Source: Crocinitomix sp. (GTDB taxonomy: Bacteria > Bacteroidota > Bacteroidia > Flavobacteriales_D > Crocinitomicaceae). From it: 46,568 nucleotides of DNA. Each line of letters begins with the position of its first letter. Position 1 is the first letter of the stretch. The stretch lies in contig JALQVX010000207.1 of the NCBI GenBank assembly GCA_023263555.1, positions 1 through 46,568 on the forward strand, given 5' to 3'. The translations under genes were made by a program, and so were the position numbers. A model generated the notes under the pieces. The model did not search any database and was not told where the DNA came from. It worked only from the letters and a program-made list of their open reading frames with translations. This document shows positions 29,090 through 38,445 of the stretch, piece after piece.

Positions 29090-31294
29090 ATGGCTGTAAT
29101 AGGAAAAATACAAAAAAATTCATTGCTTTTACTACTCGTAGTAGGGCTTGCAATGCTTGCTTTTATCTTCACCGATCTAAGAGGAAATGGTGGAGAAGTT
29201 GAGCGACTGCCAACCGCAACATTGGATGGAGATCCAATTGATGAGCAAGAATATGAAGAATTGCGTGAAAATTACGTGAATCGCTCTAAAAACGAATACG
29301 CTTACCAACAAAAAGAATGGGATAATGCAGCGCTTCGTGTTGCTGAAGATAATGCGTTCAATGAGTTAATTCGTCGTTCACTTTTAAACAGTGAGTTTGA
29401 GCGATTAGGAATTGTTTGTACTAAAGCAGAGTTAAATGATATGATTCATGGTGATCACCTTCACCCTTGGGTTCTTCAAATTCCAATTTTTACAGGAACG
29501 AATGGTATTTTCTCTAAAGATTCGGTAAGAAACTTTATTACACGTTTGGAAATAGAGCCTGAAGGGGCAACTGCTGAAGAGCGTGAAAGATGGTTAGAGG
29601 CAAGATCGCAATGGAAAGATTTTGAGCTTGAATTAGAAAATGCGCGTAAAGCGGATAAATATGTTGCATTAATCAAGAAGGGATTATTTGTAAACAAATT
29701 GGAAGCACAAAATCAATATGTTGCTAATTACGATAAAAAACAAGTACGTTTTGTTTTACAACGTTATGTTGATATCGATTCTGCTGAGGTAACGTTATCT
29801 GATGAGGAATTGAAAGCGTATTATGATGAGCACAAAAATGATGCTGAATACGAGCAAGAAGAAGCGAGAGATATTGAGATGGTTTATTTTAATGTAGCAC
29901 CAACTCAAGCGGATATAGAGGTCATTAAAACAGAAATGGGTGAACAAAAGACGTCTTTTGCACAAGCTCAGAATGTATTAGGATACGTTTATCAAAATAG
30001 TGATTCTAAATTTTTATCGGATTCAACGAAATTTAGATATAGCAATGGTGATCGTATTGCGTTTTCTCCGCAAGGTGGAAGTTATCCTAAATTTATGGAT
30101 GACGAAATTCAAGCTTCAAATGTAGGTGATGTATTAGGGCCATACATGGCTTTTAACAGTCAAGCAGGTAAGGATGAAGTAGCTATTTGTCGTGTCATTG
30201 ATTTACCAACTGAAAAACAAGCGTGGGTAAGACATATTTTGATCAGCACGGGTGCAACACGTACGGAAGAACAAGCGAAAGCGATTGCGGATAGTTTAAT
30301 TCGAGTGATTAAGGCAAATGATAATTTTGCCCAATTAGTACCTCAAGTGAGTGAAGATCCAGGGTCAAGTGAAAATGGAGGAGAGTACAAGTGGTTTCCT
30401 GAAGGAATGATGGTGCCTGAATTCAATGACGCATCTTTCAACGGTGCGATTGGTCAATTGCAATTGGTTAAAACGTCTTTTGGTTACCACATTGTTGAAG
30501 TACTTGGTCAAGCTGAACGTAAAGTTCCAGTTTTGGCGATTGTAACTAGAGCAATTAAAGCTTCTGAAGAGTCAATTAGAGAAGTGGAAGGAAGAGCATT
30601 TGAGTTTAACTATGAGGTTTCCAATTTAGAAGGTGATTCAGCTTTCAGTCGTGTCGCAAATGATAGTAATATGACTGTCCAATCGACACGTATTTTCCTT
30701 TCGAATGATTATGTGCTAGGAATGAAGGATTCGGATAAAATGTTGCGTTTTGCATTTAATTTAAATGCTAATGTTGGAGATGTATCTGATCCAATGTTGG
30801 ACGGTGATAAATATGTTGTTGCTTATATCACAAACATAATTGGTGAAGGCGTTCCTGAATTTGAGGACATTAAGGAAGTAATGAGAGGTCCAGCGTTAAA
30901 AGAAAAACAAGCTGATGTATATTTGGCAAAAATGGCGGGTAAAAACAGTCTTGAAGACGTTGGTAAAGTTGTTTCAAATGGTGGAATTGGTTCGGCTGAA
31001 TTAACGTTTGATAGTAAATCTATCTATAACGGAGGGCAACCTGAACCAGCTGTTATTGGTGCATTGTTCCGTGAAATTCCAGTCGGTTCAATGACTGTTC
31101 CAATCAAAGGTGTAGAAGGTGTCTATGTATTCATTCTGGATAATGATATTCCGGCGAATGAAACAACCGATTTAACAAACATTGCTCAGCCAATGACGTT
31201 GAAACGTGTGTCGAGTACAGATAATCGTGTGATTCAAGCTCTACGCGAAAAAGCGGATCTTCAAGATAATAGAAGAAAGATTAGATTTCAATAA
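29090..31294 (+). CDS. ppiD: PpiD-like membrane-anchored parvulin peptidyl-prolyl isomerase/chaperone
   Basis: MAVIGKI...LAMLAFI anchor; parvulin motifs VRHILI, SEDPGS..GG, MVPEF, KTSFGYHI. Confidence 0.88.
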   Translation: MAVIGKIQKNSLLLLLVVGLAMLAFIFTDLRGNGGEVERLPTATLDGDPIDEQEYEELRENYVNRSKNEYAYQQKEWDNAALRVAEDNAFNELIRRSLLNSEFERLGIVCTKAELNDMIHGDHLHPWVLQIPIFTGTNGIFSKDSVRNFITRLEIEPEGATAEERERWLEARSQWKDFELELENARKADKYVALIKKGLFVNKLEAQNQYVANYDKKQVRFVLQRYVDIDSAEVTLSDEELKAYYDEHKNDAEYEQEEARDIEMVYFNVAPTQADIEVIKTEMGEQKTSFAQAQNVLGYVYQNSDSKFLSDSTKFRYSNGDRIAFSPQGGSYPKFMDDEIQASNVGDVLGPYMAFNSQAGKDEVAICRVIDLPTEKQAWVRHILISTGATRTEEQAKAIADSLIRVIKANDNFAQLVPQVSEDPGSSENGGEYKWFPEGMMVPEFNDASFNGAIGQLQLVKTSFGYHIVEVLGQAERKVPVLAIVTRAIKASEESIREVEGRAFEFNYEVSNLEGDSAFSRVANDSNMTVQSTRIFLSNDYVLGMKDSDKMLRFAFNLNANVGDVSDPMLDGDKYVVAYITNIIGEGVPEFEDIKEVMRGPALKEKQADVYLAKMAGKNSLEDVGKVVSNGGIGSAELTFDSKSIYNGGQPEPAVIGALFREIPVGSMTVPIKGVEGVYVFILDNDIPANETTDLTNIAQPMTLKRVSSTDNRVIQALREKADLQDNRRKIRFQ

Positions 31295-31317
31295 GTAAAA
31301 TTGATCTTAAAGGTATG

Positions 31318-31366
31318 GCCTTGTCTGTTTGTGATTCATACCACAACAGGCAAGGCTTTGTTTTTT
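31318..31366 (+). terminator. Intrinsic terminator after ppiD
   Basis: GCCTTGTCTGTT(TGTG)...(CAC)AACAGGCAAGGC followed by TTTGTTTTTT. Confidence 0.7.
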
Positions 31367-31393
31367 GGTCCGAATTAATCTTATTTTTGTACT

Positions 31394-31906
31394 ATGAAAA
31401 GTAAATTCCCAAGTGAATCCATCTCGACTTCAACAAAAGTTGTTCTCCCAAATGATACCAACACGCTTGGTAAGCTCTTTGGAGGGTCTTTACTGGCATG
31501 GATAGATGAAATTGGTGCAGTTGCTGCTCACCGCCATTCAGGTCAAGTAGCCGTTACAGCTTCAATCAATAACGTATCTTTCGACAAAGCAATTGATCTT
31601 GGCGCAATTGTTACATTGAGCGCCAAGGTTTCTCGCGCATTTAATACTTCTATGGAAGTGATTATTGACGTTTTTGTTGAAGATCGAACTACGCGTGAAC
31701 TCTCTTCGAGTAATCAAGCGATTTTGACATTTGTTGCCATTGATGAAAACGGTCATACTGTTGCTGTTCCGGAAATTGAACCGCAGGATGAAGAGGAACA
31801 AAAACGTTACAATGCTGCTTTGAGAAGAAGACAATTAAGTTTGGTTATTGCGGGTAGAATGAAACCCGACGACGCAACTGAGTTGAAAGCCTTATTTATT
31901 CATTAA
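31394..31906 (+). CDS. Acyl-CoA thioesterase (hotdog, YciA-type)
   Basis: VLPNDTN..G.LFGG.LL.WID, VTAS, FVAID. Confidence 0.92.
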   Translation: MKSKFPSESISTSTKVVLPNDTNTLGKLFGGSLLAWIDEIGAVAAHRHSGQVAVTASINNVSFDKAIDLGAIVTLSAKVSRAFNTSMEVIIDVFVEDRTTRELSSSNQAILTFVAIDENGHTVAVPEIEPQDEEEQKRYNAALRRRQLSLVIAGRMKPDDATELKALFIH

Positions 31907-32864
31907 CATCCTTTGCAATCGCATCAATATCTTGCAAGGTCATGCAATGAAAATGTTTTTTAGGACACGCTTGATAACCAATTTTTGAGCAAGGGCGACA
32001 TTTCAATTCTACTTCATGAATTTTTATGAGTGATTGATTTTTTGGCATGTACGGATACATGCCAAATGCAGGAACGGTATTTCCCCAAATTGAAACAATC
32101 GGCACTTGAAAAGCACTTGCTATATGCATTAAACCCGTATCATGAGTGACTACTTTTGATGCCTGTTTTAGAATGGACGCGGATTGATTGAGGTTAATTT
32201 TCCCGGTAAAATCGACTAGTTGCGGAAAGGTATTTACAAGTTCTGCCGCTTCATCTTGATCACTCGGACCACCTAAAAGAAGGGTCGGTAAATTTATTTT
32301 TGAAATGAGTGATTTCAGTTGTGCTACAGGTAATCGTTTGGTTGCGAATTGTGCACCAATGGCGATAGCGATAAAGGGACCGCTAATTCCCATGGAGGGT
32401 AGGTCAACTTCATCAGATGGAGGAATGAAAAAATCTAATCCCTCTCCATCATTTTTAACATTTAAAGGTTCTACCGCTTTGAAATAGCGATCCACAATAT
32501 GCACGTCAGGCATACGATTAATCTTCAGTTGAGTTAAGAGTAATTTATTTAGATTTTCCTTCGGAAAAGCAGCTGATGGAACTTTTAAACGACGTTTCAG
32601 TCGCATTGTGCGTAAATTATGATGCAAGTCAATGATAAAATCGTAATTCTCCGCTTTTAATTGTTCCGTAATTTCGTCAATTTCTTTCTCAATTGTATAT
32701 ACTTTATCAATGGCAGGATTGGTTGTAACGATATTTTCGTAGGCCTTTTTAGTGGCATAGTGAATAATCGCATCTGGATATTCTTTTTTTAAGCAACGAA
32801 TAATAGGACTGGTTAAAACCATATCTCCTATGGAGCTAAAGCGTATGATTAAATACTTTTTCAA
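31896..32864 (-). CDS. Glycosyltransferase family 9 (WaaF/WaaC-like LPS core transferase)
   Basis: IRFSSIGD, IDLH, DTGLMHIA, CRPC...C...HF.CM. Confidence 0.9.
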   Translation of the reverse strand: MKKYLIIRFSSIGDMVLTSPIIRCLKKEYPDAIIHYATKKAYENIVTTNPAIDKVYTIEKEIDEITEQLKAENYDFIIDLHHNLRTMRLKRRLKVPSAAFPKENLNKLLLTQLKINRMPDVHIVDRYFKAVEPLNVKNDGEGLDFFIPPSDEVDLPSMGISGPFIAIAIGAQFATKRLPVAQLKSLISKINLPTLLLGGPSDQDEAAELVNTFPQLVDFTGKINLNQSASILKQASKVVTHDTGLMHIASAFQVPIVSIWGNTVPAFGMYPYMPKNQSLIKIHEVELKCRPCSKIGYQACPKKHFHCMTLQDIDAIAKDVNE

Positions 32865-32899
32865 ATCGAGATAAAGGTAAGCATTTGTTCAAATCAATT

Positions 32900-33352
32900 C
32901 TACTCTTTTACCTTCGAATCAATAATGAGCGTAACCGGTCCATCATTTACAAGGCTAACCTGCATAGCTGCTCCGAAAATACCTGCTTCAATAGGTTGGC
33001 CTAGTCGTATGCTCAAATCTGCTTTAAATTTTTCATAAAGTGGAATCGCGATTTCTGGTCGTGCGGCTTTGATATAGGAAGGACGATTGCCTTTTTTTGT
33101 TTTCGCATGCAAGGTAAACTGGCTTATGACGAGTATTTCTCCTTCCGTCTCTTGAATAGATCGATTCATAACTCCCTGATCATCTGCAAAAATGCGAAGA
33201 GTGATAATTTTCTGACAGAGCCATTCGACATCCTCGTCTTGATCTTGTTCTTCAATGCCGACTAAGATGAGCAATCCTGCTTTTATTTCTCCGACAATTT
33301 TTTCTTCAACTTTAACCGCCGCTTGAGTAACACGTTGTAAAACGACCCGCAT
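32900..33352 (-). CDS. dtd: D-aminoacyl-tRNA deacylase
   Basis: MRVVLQRV, SQFTL, GNRPS, NDGPVT. Confidence 0.97.
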   Translation of the reverse strand: MRVVLQRVTQAAVKVEEKIVGEIKAGLLILVGIEEQDQDEDVEWLCQKIITLRIFADDQGVMNRSIQETEGEILVISQFTLHAKTKKGNRPSYIKAARPEIAIPLYEKFKADLSIRLGQPIEAGIFGAAMQVSLVNDGPVTLIIDSKVKE

Positions 33353-33354
33353 TC

Positions 33355-34323
33355 TTATTTATATTGATCTTTTCGAAAGGTTTCATTTTCATCTTCCTCT
33401 AACATTTTTACATAATTGAGGTAGCGACTTTCAGCCAATTCATCATCTAAAAAAGCTTGTTTTACAGCGCATTTTGGCTCGTTTAAATGTTGGCAATTGT
33501 GAAATTTGCAATCGGGTAAAAGTTCTCGCATTTCAGGAAAATAGTGAGACAGTTCTTTCTTGTCGAAATCGATTAACCCGAAAGCTCTTATGCCTGGCGT
33601 ATCAATGATAAACCCACCTGAACTTAACTCAAACATCTCGGCGAAGGTTGTTGTGTGCAATCCTGAAGCATGGCTCTTAGAAATAAGCCCCGTTCGCAAC
33701 TCTAAATCATGATCCAATGAATTAACAAGGGTTGATTTTCCAACACCACTATGTCCACCAAACATTACCTTTTTATCCTTAATTTCATTTTTCAAAAAGG
33801 CAACAGAATCTTCATTAATTGCTGATATGGTTTGACATAAATACCCAGCGGCTTCGTAAACCTGTACAAGTGCTTTCATTTCTTCAAGTTCGGTCTGGGT
33901 ATAAAGATCTATTTTATTAAATAGCAAGGTCACAGGAATGTGATAAGCCTCAGCAGTAACCAAAAAACGATCAATAAAACCGGTTTGTGTTTGCGGAGAT
34001 GCAAGAGTTACAATGAGGTAAACACGATCTATATTTGCTGCAAGGATATGCGTGCGTTTGCTTAAGTTAATTGATTTGCGAATAATGTAATTTTTACGCG
34101 GTAAGATTTTTCGAATCACGCCAATCGAACCTTCTTCGTCTTCTTCTTCGTCAAATTCAATTTCGTCTCCAACAGCAATAGGGTTGGTTGATTTGATTCC
34201 GTCTAAACGCAATTTACCTCTAATTCTGCACTCCCATGGATTGCCTTCCTTGTCAATTACTTTATACCAACTACCTGTTGACTTTATGACTGTTCCTTTT
34301 TTCAGTTTCTTTGTTTTGGACAA
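33355..34323 (-). CDS. rsgA: Ribosome small subunit-dependent GTPase A (TTG start)
   Basis: NKID, GHSGVGKS, HTTT, DTPG, C.F.NC.H..EP.C zinc finger. Confidence 0.97.
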   Translation of the reverse strand: MSKTKKLKKGTVIKSTGSWYKVIDKEGNPWECRIRGKLRLDGIKSTNPIAVGDEIEFDEEEDEEGSIGVIRKILPRKNYIIRKSINLSKRTHILAANIDRVYLIVTLASPQTQTGFIDRFLVTAEAYHIPVTLLFNKIDLYTQTELEEMKALVQVYEAAGYLCQTISAINEDSVAFLKNEIKDKKVMFGGHSGVGKSTLVNSLDHDLELRTGLISKSHASGLHTTTFAEMFELSSGGFIIDTPGIRAFGLIDFDKKELSHYFPEMRELLPDCKFHNCQHLNEPKCAVKQAFLDDELAESRYLNYVKMLEEDENETFRKDQYK

Positions 34324-34393
34324 AATTAGCCAATATTTTCGATCCGCCTTTAGGATATTGAGTGAATCTATAACCGCATTATCTTAAATCGAT

Positions 34394-34401
34394 TATCTTT
34401 G
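34394..34401 (+). promoter_or_regulatory. Bacteroidota -7 promoter element (TATCTTTG)
   Basis: Consensus match just before the GT2 start codon. Confidence 0.5.
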
Positions 34402-34406
34402 AATCC

Positions 34407-35117
34407 ATGCAAAAATTATCCATACTTATTCCTGTCTATAATGAAGCCCAAACGATAGCTGAAGTAATCGTTTTAATTAGTCGGCTCGAATTGCGCGCAG
34501 GAATAGAAAAGGAGATTATTGTAATCAATGATTGTTCAACTGACTTAACAGCACAAGAAATCAAAAAAGCGATTAGTTTAATTGAGCCGAACGAAATTGT
34601 GTTGATTGAGCATCCGGTCAATAAAGGAAAAGGAGGAGCTATTCATTCGGGTATAAAGTGTGCAACTGGAGATTATACAATCATTCAGGATGCGGATTTG
34701 GAGCTAGAGCCAACTGAAATTAATTTATTGTTAGATGAGGTCCTTGTAAATGGAGCGGATATCGTTTATGGATCTCGATTTTTGGGCGAAAAAGTAAAAG
34801 GGGGATCGTGGATGAGTAATATGGCAAATGCGTTTTTAACACGTTTATCTAATTTTGTTTTTCGCATTCGTATTACCGATATGGAAACGTGCTATAAACT
34901 TGTGCCAACGGATGCATTCAAAGGACTAAACTTAATAGAGAATCGTTTTGGGTTTGAGCCTGAAATTACAGCGAAATTAGCAAAAAACAGATCATTTAAA
35001 TGGGCTGAAGTGCCTATTACCTATAATGCACGTACGGAGGAGCAAGGAAAAAAAATAGGTTGGAAAGATGGTTTCAGAGCCATTTGGTGCATTCTAAAAT
35101 ATGGTTTAGGAAAATAA
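34407..35117 (+). CDS. Glycosyltransferase family 2 (DPM1-like polyprenol-phosphate glycosyltransferase)
   Basis: IPVYNE, NDCSTD, NKGKG, QDADLE, YGSRF, DMETCYK, FGFEPE. Confidence 0.9.
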   Translation: MQKLSILIPVYNEAQTIAEVIVLISRLELRAGIEKEIIVINDCSTDLTAQEIKKAISLIEPNEIVLIEHPVNKGKGGAIHSGIKCATGDYTIIQDADLELEPTEINLLLDEVLVNGADIVYGSRFLGEKVKGGSWMSNMANAFLTRLSNFVFRIRITDMETCYKLVPTDAFKGLNLIENRFGFEPEITAKLAKNRSFKWAEVPITYNARTEEQGKKIGWKDGFRAIWCILKYGLGK

Positions 35118-35238
35118 GAGCACTTTTTTATACCTTTCTAAAAGCGGTATCGGCTAACCCAAACAATCGCCAAAAATTAAGCTTTTTTAGTAATTTCAAC
35201 GTATTACGTTTGTATCTTTACACGTTAGAAAAGAAATT

Positions 35239-35661
35239 GTGAGTAAAAAACAAGAAAAATACGACAAAGCCTATTTGCGCATGGCAAAGGAATGGGCAAA
35301 GTTATCGCACTGTAAACGTAAGCAAGTTGGTGCTTTAATCGTCAAAAACAATACCATCATTTCGGACGGTTATAACGGAACTCCTTCTGGCTTTACAAAT
35401 GCGTGCGAAGATGAAGATGGAAATACGCATTGGTATGTTTTACATGCTGAGGCCAATGCCTTATTGAAAGTTGTGCGGTCAACTCAAAATGCGGAGGATG
35501 GAACATTGTATATTACACTTTCTCCTTGCAAGGAGTGCAGTAAACTCATTATTCAGGCAGGAATAAAAAGAGTGGTTTATCAAAATGAATACAAGGATAC
35601 AGCTGGGATCGATTTTTTAAAAGATTTTGGGATTGAAATTAAACATATTGAAGAATTATGA
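35239..35661 (+). CDS. dCMP deaminase (ComEB family; GTG start)
   Basis: GYNG, HAEANA, SPCKEC zinc motif. Confidence 0.93.
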   Translation: MSKKQEKYDKAYLRMAKEWAKLSHCKRKQVGALIVKNNTIISDGYNGTPSGFTNACEDEDGNTHWYVLHAEANALLKVVRSTQNAEDGTLYITLSPCKECSKLIIQAGIKRVVYQNEYKDTAGIDFLKDFGIEIKHIEEL

Positions 35662-37277
35662 ACGAAGAGCTAAAAATGGAGCATGTCACGATCGAGACGA
35701 AGCCCAATTACGTCTATCTGATTCCGGTTTTAATGGGTGTGACGTTGGCGCTTGGCGTTTGGTTAGGTACCTTATTCATTCCTACTTCGGGGGGATCAAC
35801 GGAAATCGTTGAAACGTCGAATAAATTCCAAACTATTCTTCAAATGATTGATGAGCGCTATGTCGATTCAGTGGATAACGACCTATTGATCGAAAGTTCT
35901 ATTCAAGGAATGATTGAGAAATTGGATCCGCATAGTCAGTATATCCCTGCAAAAGACTTGGAGCGCGTGAACGAACAGTTGGAGGGCCATTTTGGAGGAG
36001 TCGGGATTCGCTTTTTAATTCACAATGATAGTTTAGTCGCAACGCATGTGCTTCCCGGATCACCTTCTATGAAAGCAGGTATGCTGCCAGGCGATCGATT
36101 GATTGAGGTGGACGGAGAGGATATTGCGGGGAATGAGATTACCAACGAAAAAGTTATGACCCTCTTAAAAGGGAAAGAAGGTTCTACGGTAAAGGTTAAA
36201 ATTTATCGTCAAGGCGAAATAAAAGACATCAATATTGTAAGAGGCTCAATTGGTGTTTCGAGCATTGATGCAGCGATTATGTTGACGCCCGAAATAGGTT
36301 TTATTAAATTAAATAGTTTTACTATGCCAGCTGGGCAAGAATTTGAGCAAGCTGCCGCTAAATTGAAAGGTCAGGGAATGAAGAAATTGATTTTCGATTT
36401 GAGAAATAACGGGGGCGGTTATATGAGTGCTGCTACGGATATCGTTGACCAGTTTTTACCTTCAGGAAAATTAATCGTTTATACCGAAGGACGCAATCAA
36501 CCTAAGGATCCTTATTATTCAACGTCAAGGGGTATTTTAGAAGAAACGGAGGTTGTAATTCTCATTAATTCAATGTCGGCATCTGCGAGTGAAATTGTTG
36601 CTGGAGCCATTCAAGACAACGATAGGGGTTATATCATGGGACGTCGTTCATTTGGTAAGGGATTGGTGCAAGATCAGCAAGAACTTACAGATGGTAGTGC
36701 TTTGCGTTTGACGATTTCGCGGTACTATACGCCCACGGGAAGATGCATTCAGAAACCTTATGGCGAAGGCGTCGATTATGAAAATGATTACTACAATCGT
36801 TTTGAAAGTGGTGAACTGATGAATGAAGACAGTTTAAAAATGGATGAATCATTGAAATTTACAACACCGGGTGGACGAATTGTCTACGGTGGTGGTGGAA
36901 TCTATCCCGACACATTCATTCCCAACGATACGGCAGGTGCTTCTTATTATTTGTCAGAATTGTATTATATGAATGTCTTTAATCATTGGGCGATCAGCTA
37001 TTTAGACAAGAATCGTGTGAAGTTGAATGATTTTGAAACGTTCTTGCAGGGTTTTACAATTTCTACAGTTATGTTTGAAGACTTTGTGAATTATGCTGTC
37101 ACACTAGGTGTTGAAAAACGACCGTTGGACATTATCACATCTCGCTCTGTTATTAAAAATAGAATGAAGGCTGAATTGGCAAGGCATGTATGGGAGGACA
37201 ACGGTTATTACGCTGTATACCTTGAGGATGATTTAGACGTTCAGCGTGCTTTGAAGCATTTTAACCTCGAACTGTAA
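35658..37277 (+). CDS. S41 family C-terminal processing peptidase (CtpA/Prc-like)
   Basis: LDPHS, PDZ GGVGI, DLRNNGGG, SASASEI, SFGKG.VQ, YYTP.GR.IQ. Confidence 0.93.
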   Translation: MNEELKMEHVTIETKPNYVYLIPVLMGVTLALGVWLGTLFIPTSGGSTEIVETSNKFQTILQMIDERYVDSVDNDLLIESSIQGMIEKLDPHSQYIPAKDLERVNEQLEGHFGGVGIRFLIHNDSLVATHVLPGSPSMKAGMLPGDRLIEVDGEDIAGNEITNEKVMTLLKGKEGSTVKVKIYRQGEIKDINIVRGSIGVSSIDAAIMLTPEIGFIKLNSFTMPAGQEFEQAAAKLKGQGMKKLIFDLRNNGGGYMSAATDIVDQFLPSGKLIVYTEGRNQPKDPYYSTSRGILEETEVVILINSMSASASEIVAGAIQDNDRGYIMGRRSFGKGLVQDQQELTDGSALRLTISRYYTPTGRCIQKPYGEGVDYENDYYNRFESGELMNEDSLKMDESLKFTTPGGRIVYGGGGIYPDTFIPNDTAGASYYLSELYYMNVFNHWAISYLDKNRVKLNDFETFLQGFTISTVMFEDFVNYAVTLGVEKRPLDIITSRSVIKNRMKAELARHVWEDNGYYAVYLEDDLDVQRALKHFNLEL

Positions 37278-37304
37278 ACATCACACCTTTTATTAAAAGT
37301 CATT

Positions 37305-38357
37305 ATGAGTAAGTTACATGAAAATGTTCAGGATTATTACGGAAAAGAATTGCAAAAATCTGAAGATTTAAAGACAAATGCGTGTTGCACCTTAACGGCA
37401 CCGCCAACTTATATTTTGGAGGCATTAAAACTCGTTCATGACGAAGTACAAGCGAAATACTATGGTTGTGGTTTGACCATTCCATTGGAGGTAGAAGGGC
37501 TGCGCATTCTTGACTTAGGTTCTGGTAGCGGTCGCGATTGTTATATTGCGGGCAAATTGGTCGGTGAAAACGGAGCTGTTGTGGGGGTTGATATGACAGA
37601 CGAACAATTGGCCGTTGCGAACCAGTATATCGATTATCATCAAGAAAAATTTGGCTATAAAGCATCAAATGTTTCGTTTGTGAAAGGGAATATTGAGGAG
37701 TTGGATACCCTTGGGTTTGAGCCAGCTTCATTTGATATTATCATTTCTAATTGTGTGTTGAATTTGGCAGGAGACAAACAAAAGGTGCTTAATGACGCCT
37801 ATAACCTCTTGAAACCAGGAGGCGAATTCTATTTTTCAGATGTCTACAGTGATCGTCGAGTGCCAATGGATTTACAAAATGATCCTGTACTTTGGGGTGA
37901 ATGTTTGAGCGGGGCGTTGTATTGGAATGATTTTTTAACGTATGCCAAGCGAGCTGGTTTTACTGATCCTAGGGCAGTAGAAAATAAGCCTGTAACAGTT
38001 GACAATAAGATTCTCGAAGAAAAGCTCGGATTAATCAAATTCTATTCAGTGACCTATCGCTTATTTAAAATTGAAAGTTTAGAGGCGGATTGCGAAGATT
38101 ACGGACAAGCGGTTGCGTATAAAGGCACAATACAAGGGGGGGAGCACGCCTACGATTTGGATGATCACCATCATTTTCCTAAAGGAAAGATGATGACTGT
38201 ATGCGGAAACACCTATAAGATGTTGTTCGATACACGGCTCAATCGCCATTTCGATTTTTATGGCACTTGGGAAACGCATTACGGAATTTTTGAAGGATGT
38301 GGAGGAGCAATGCCTTTCAGTTCTGCTGACGGTAGTGAAACGGCATCATGCTGCTAG
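37305..38357 (+). CDS. arsM: Arsenite S-adenosylmethionine methyltransferase (ArsM/AS3MT-like)
   Basis: VQDYYG, TNACC, YYGCG, LDLGSGSGRD, ISNCV, WGECL; extra C-terminal domain ending in CC. Confidence 0.8.
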   Translation: MSKLHENVQDYYGKELQKSEDLKTNACCTLTAPPTYILEALKLVHDEVQAKYYGCGLTIPLEVEGLRILDLGSGSGRDCYIAGKLVGENGAVVGVDMTDEQLAVANQYIDYHQEKFGYKASNVSFVKGNIEELDTLGFEPASFDIIISNCVLNLAGDKQKVLNDAYNLLKPGGEFYFSDVYSDRRVPMDLQNDPVLWGECLSGALYWNDFLTYAKRAGFTDPRAVENKPVTVDNKILEEKLGLIKFYSVTYRLFKIESLEADCEDYGQAVAYKGTIQGGEHAYDLDDHHHFPKGKMMTVCGNTYKMLFDTRLNRHFDFYGTWETHYGIFEGCGGAMPFSSADGSETASCC

Positions 38358-38389
38358 CAAGGAGATAATAAGAAGAAATAAGTGTATAA

Positions 38390-38425
38390 AAAACCCCGTC
38401 TCGAAAATTTTCGAGACGGGGTTTT
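38390..38425. terminator. Bidirectional terminator formed by a perfect 36-bp palindrome
   Basis: AAAACCCCGTCTCGAAAA|TTTTCGAGACGGGGTTTT between convergent arsM and the Na/Pi transporter. Confidence 0.85.
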
Positions 38426-38445
38426 AGTTTTTTATAAGTTTACGA

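Noticed and set aside
25806-31906. Overlapping 3' ends of convergent genes (dusB/DUF2279, 4 bp; thioesterase/GT9, 11 bp)
   Set aside because: Short convergent overlaps are common in compact AT-rich genomes.
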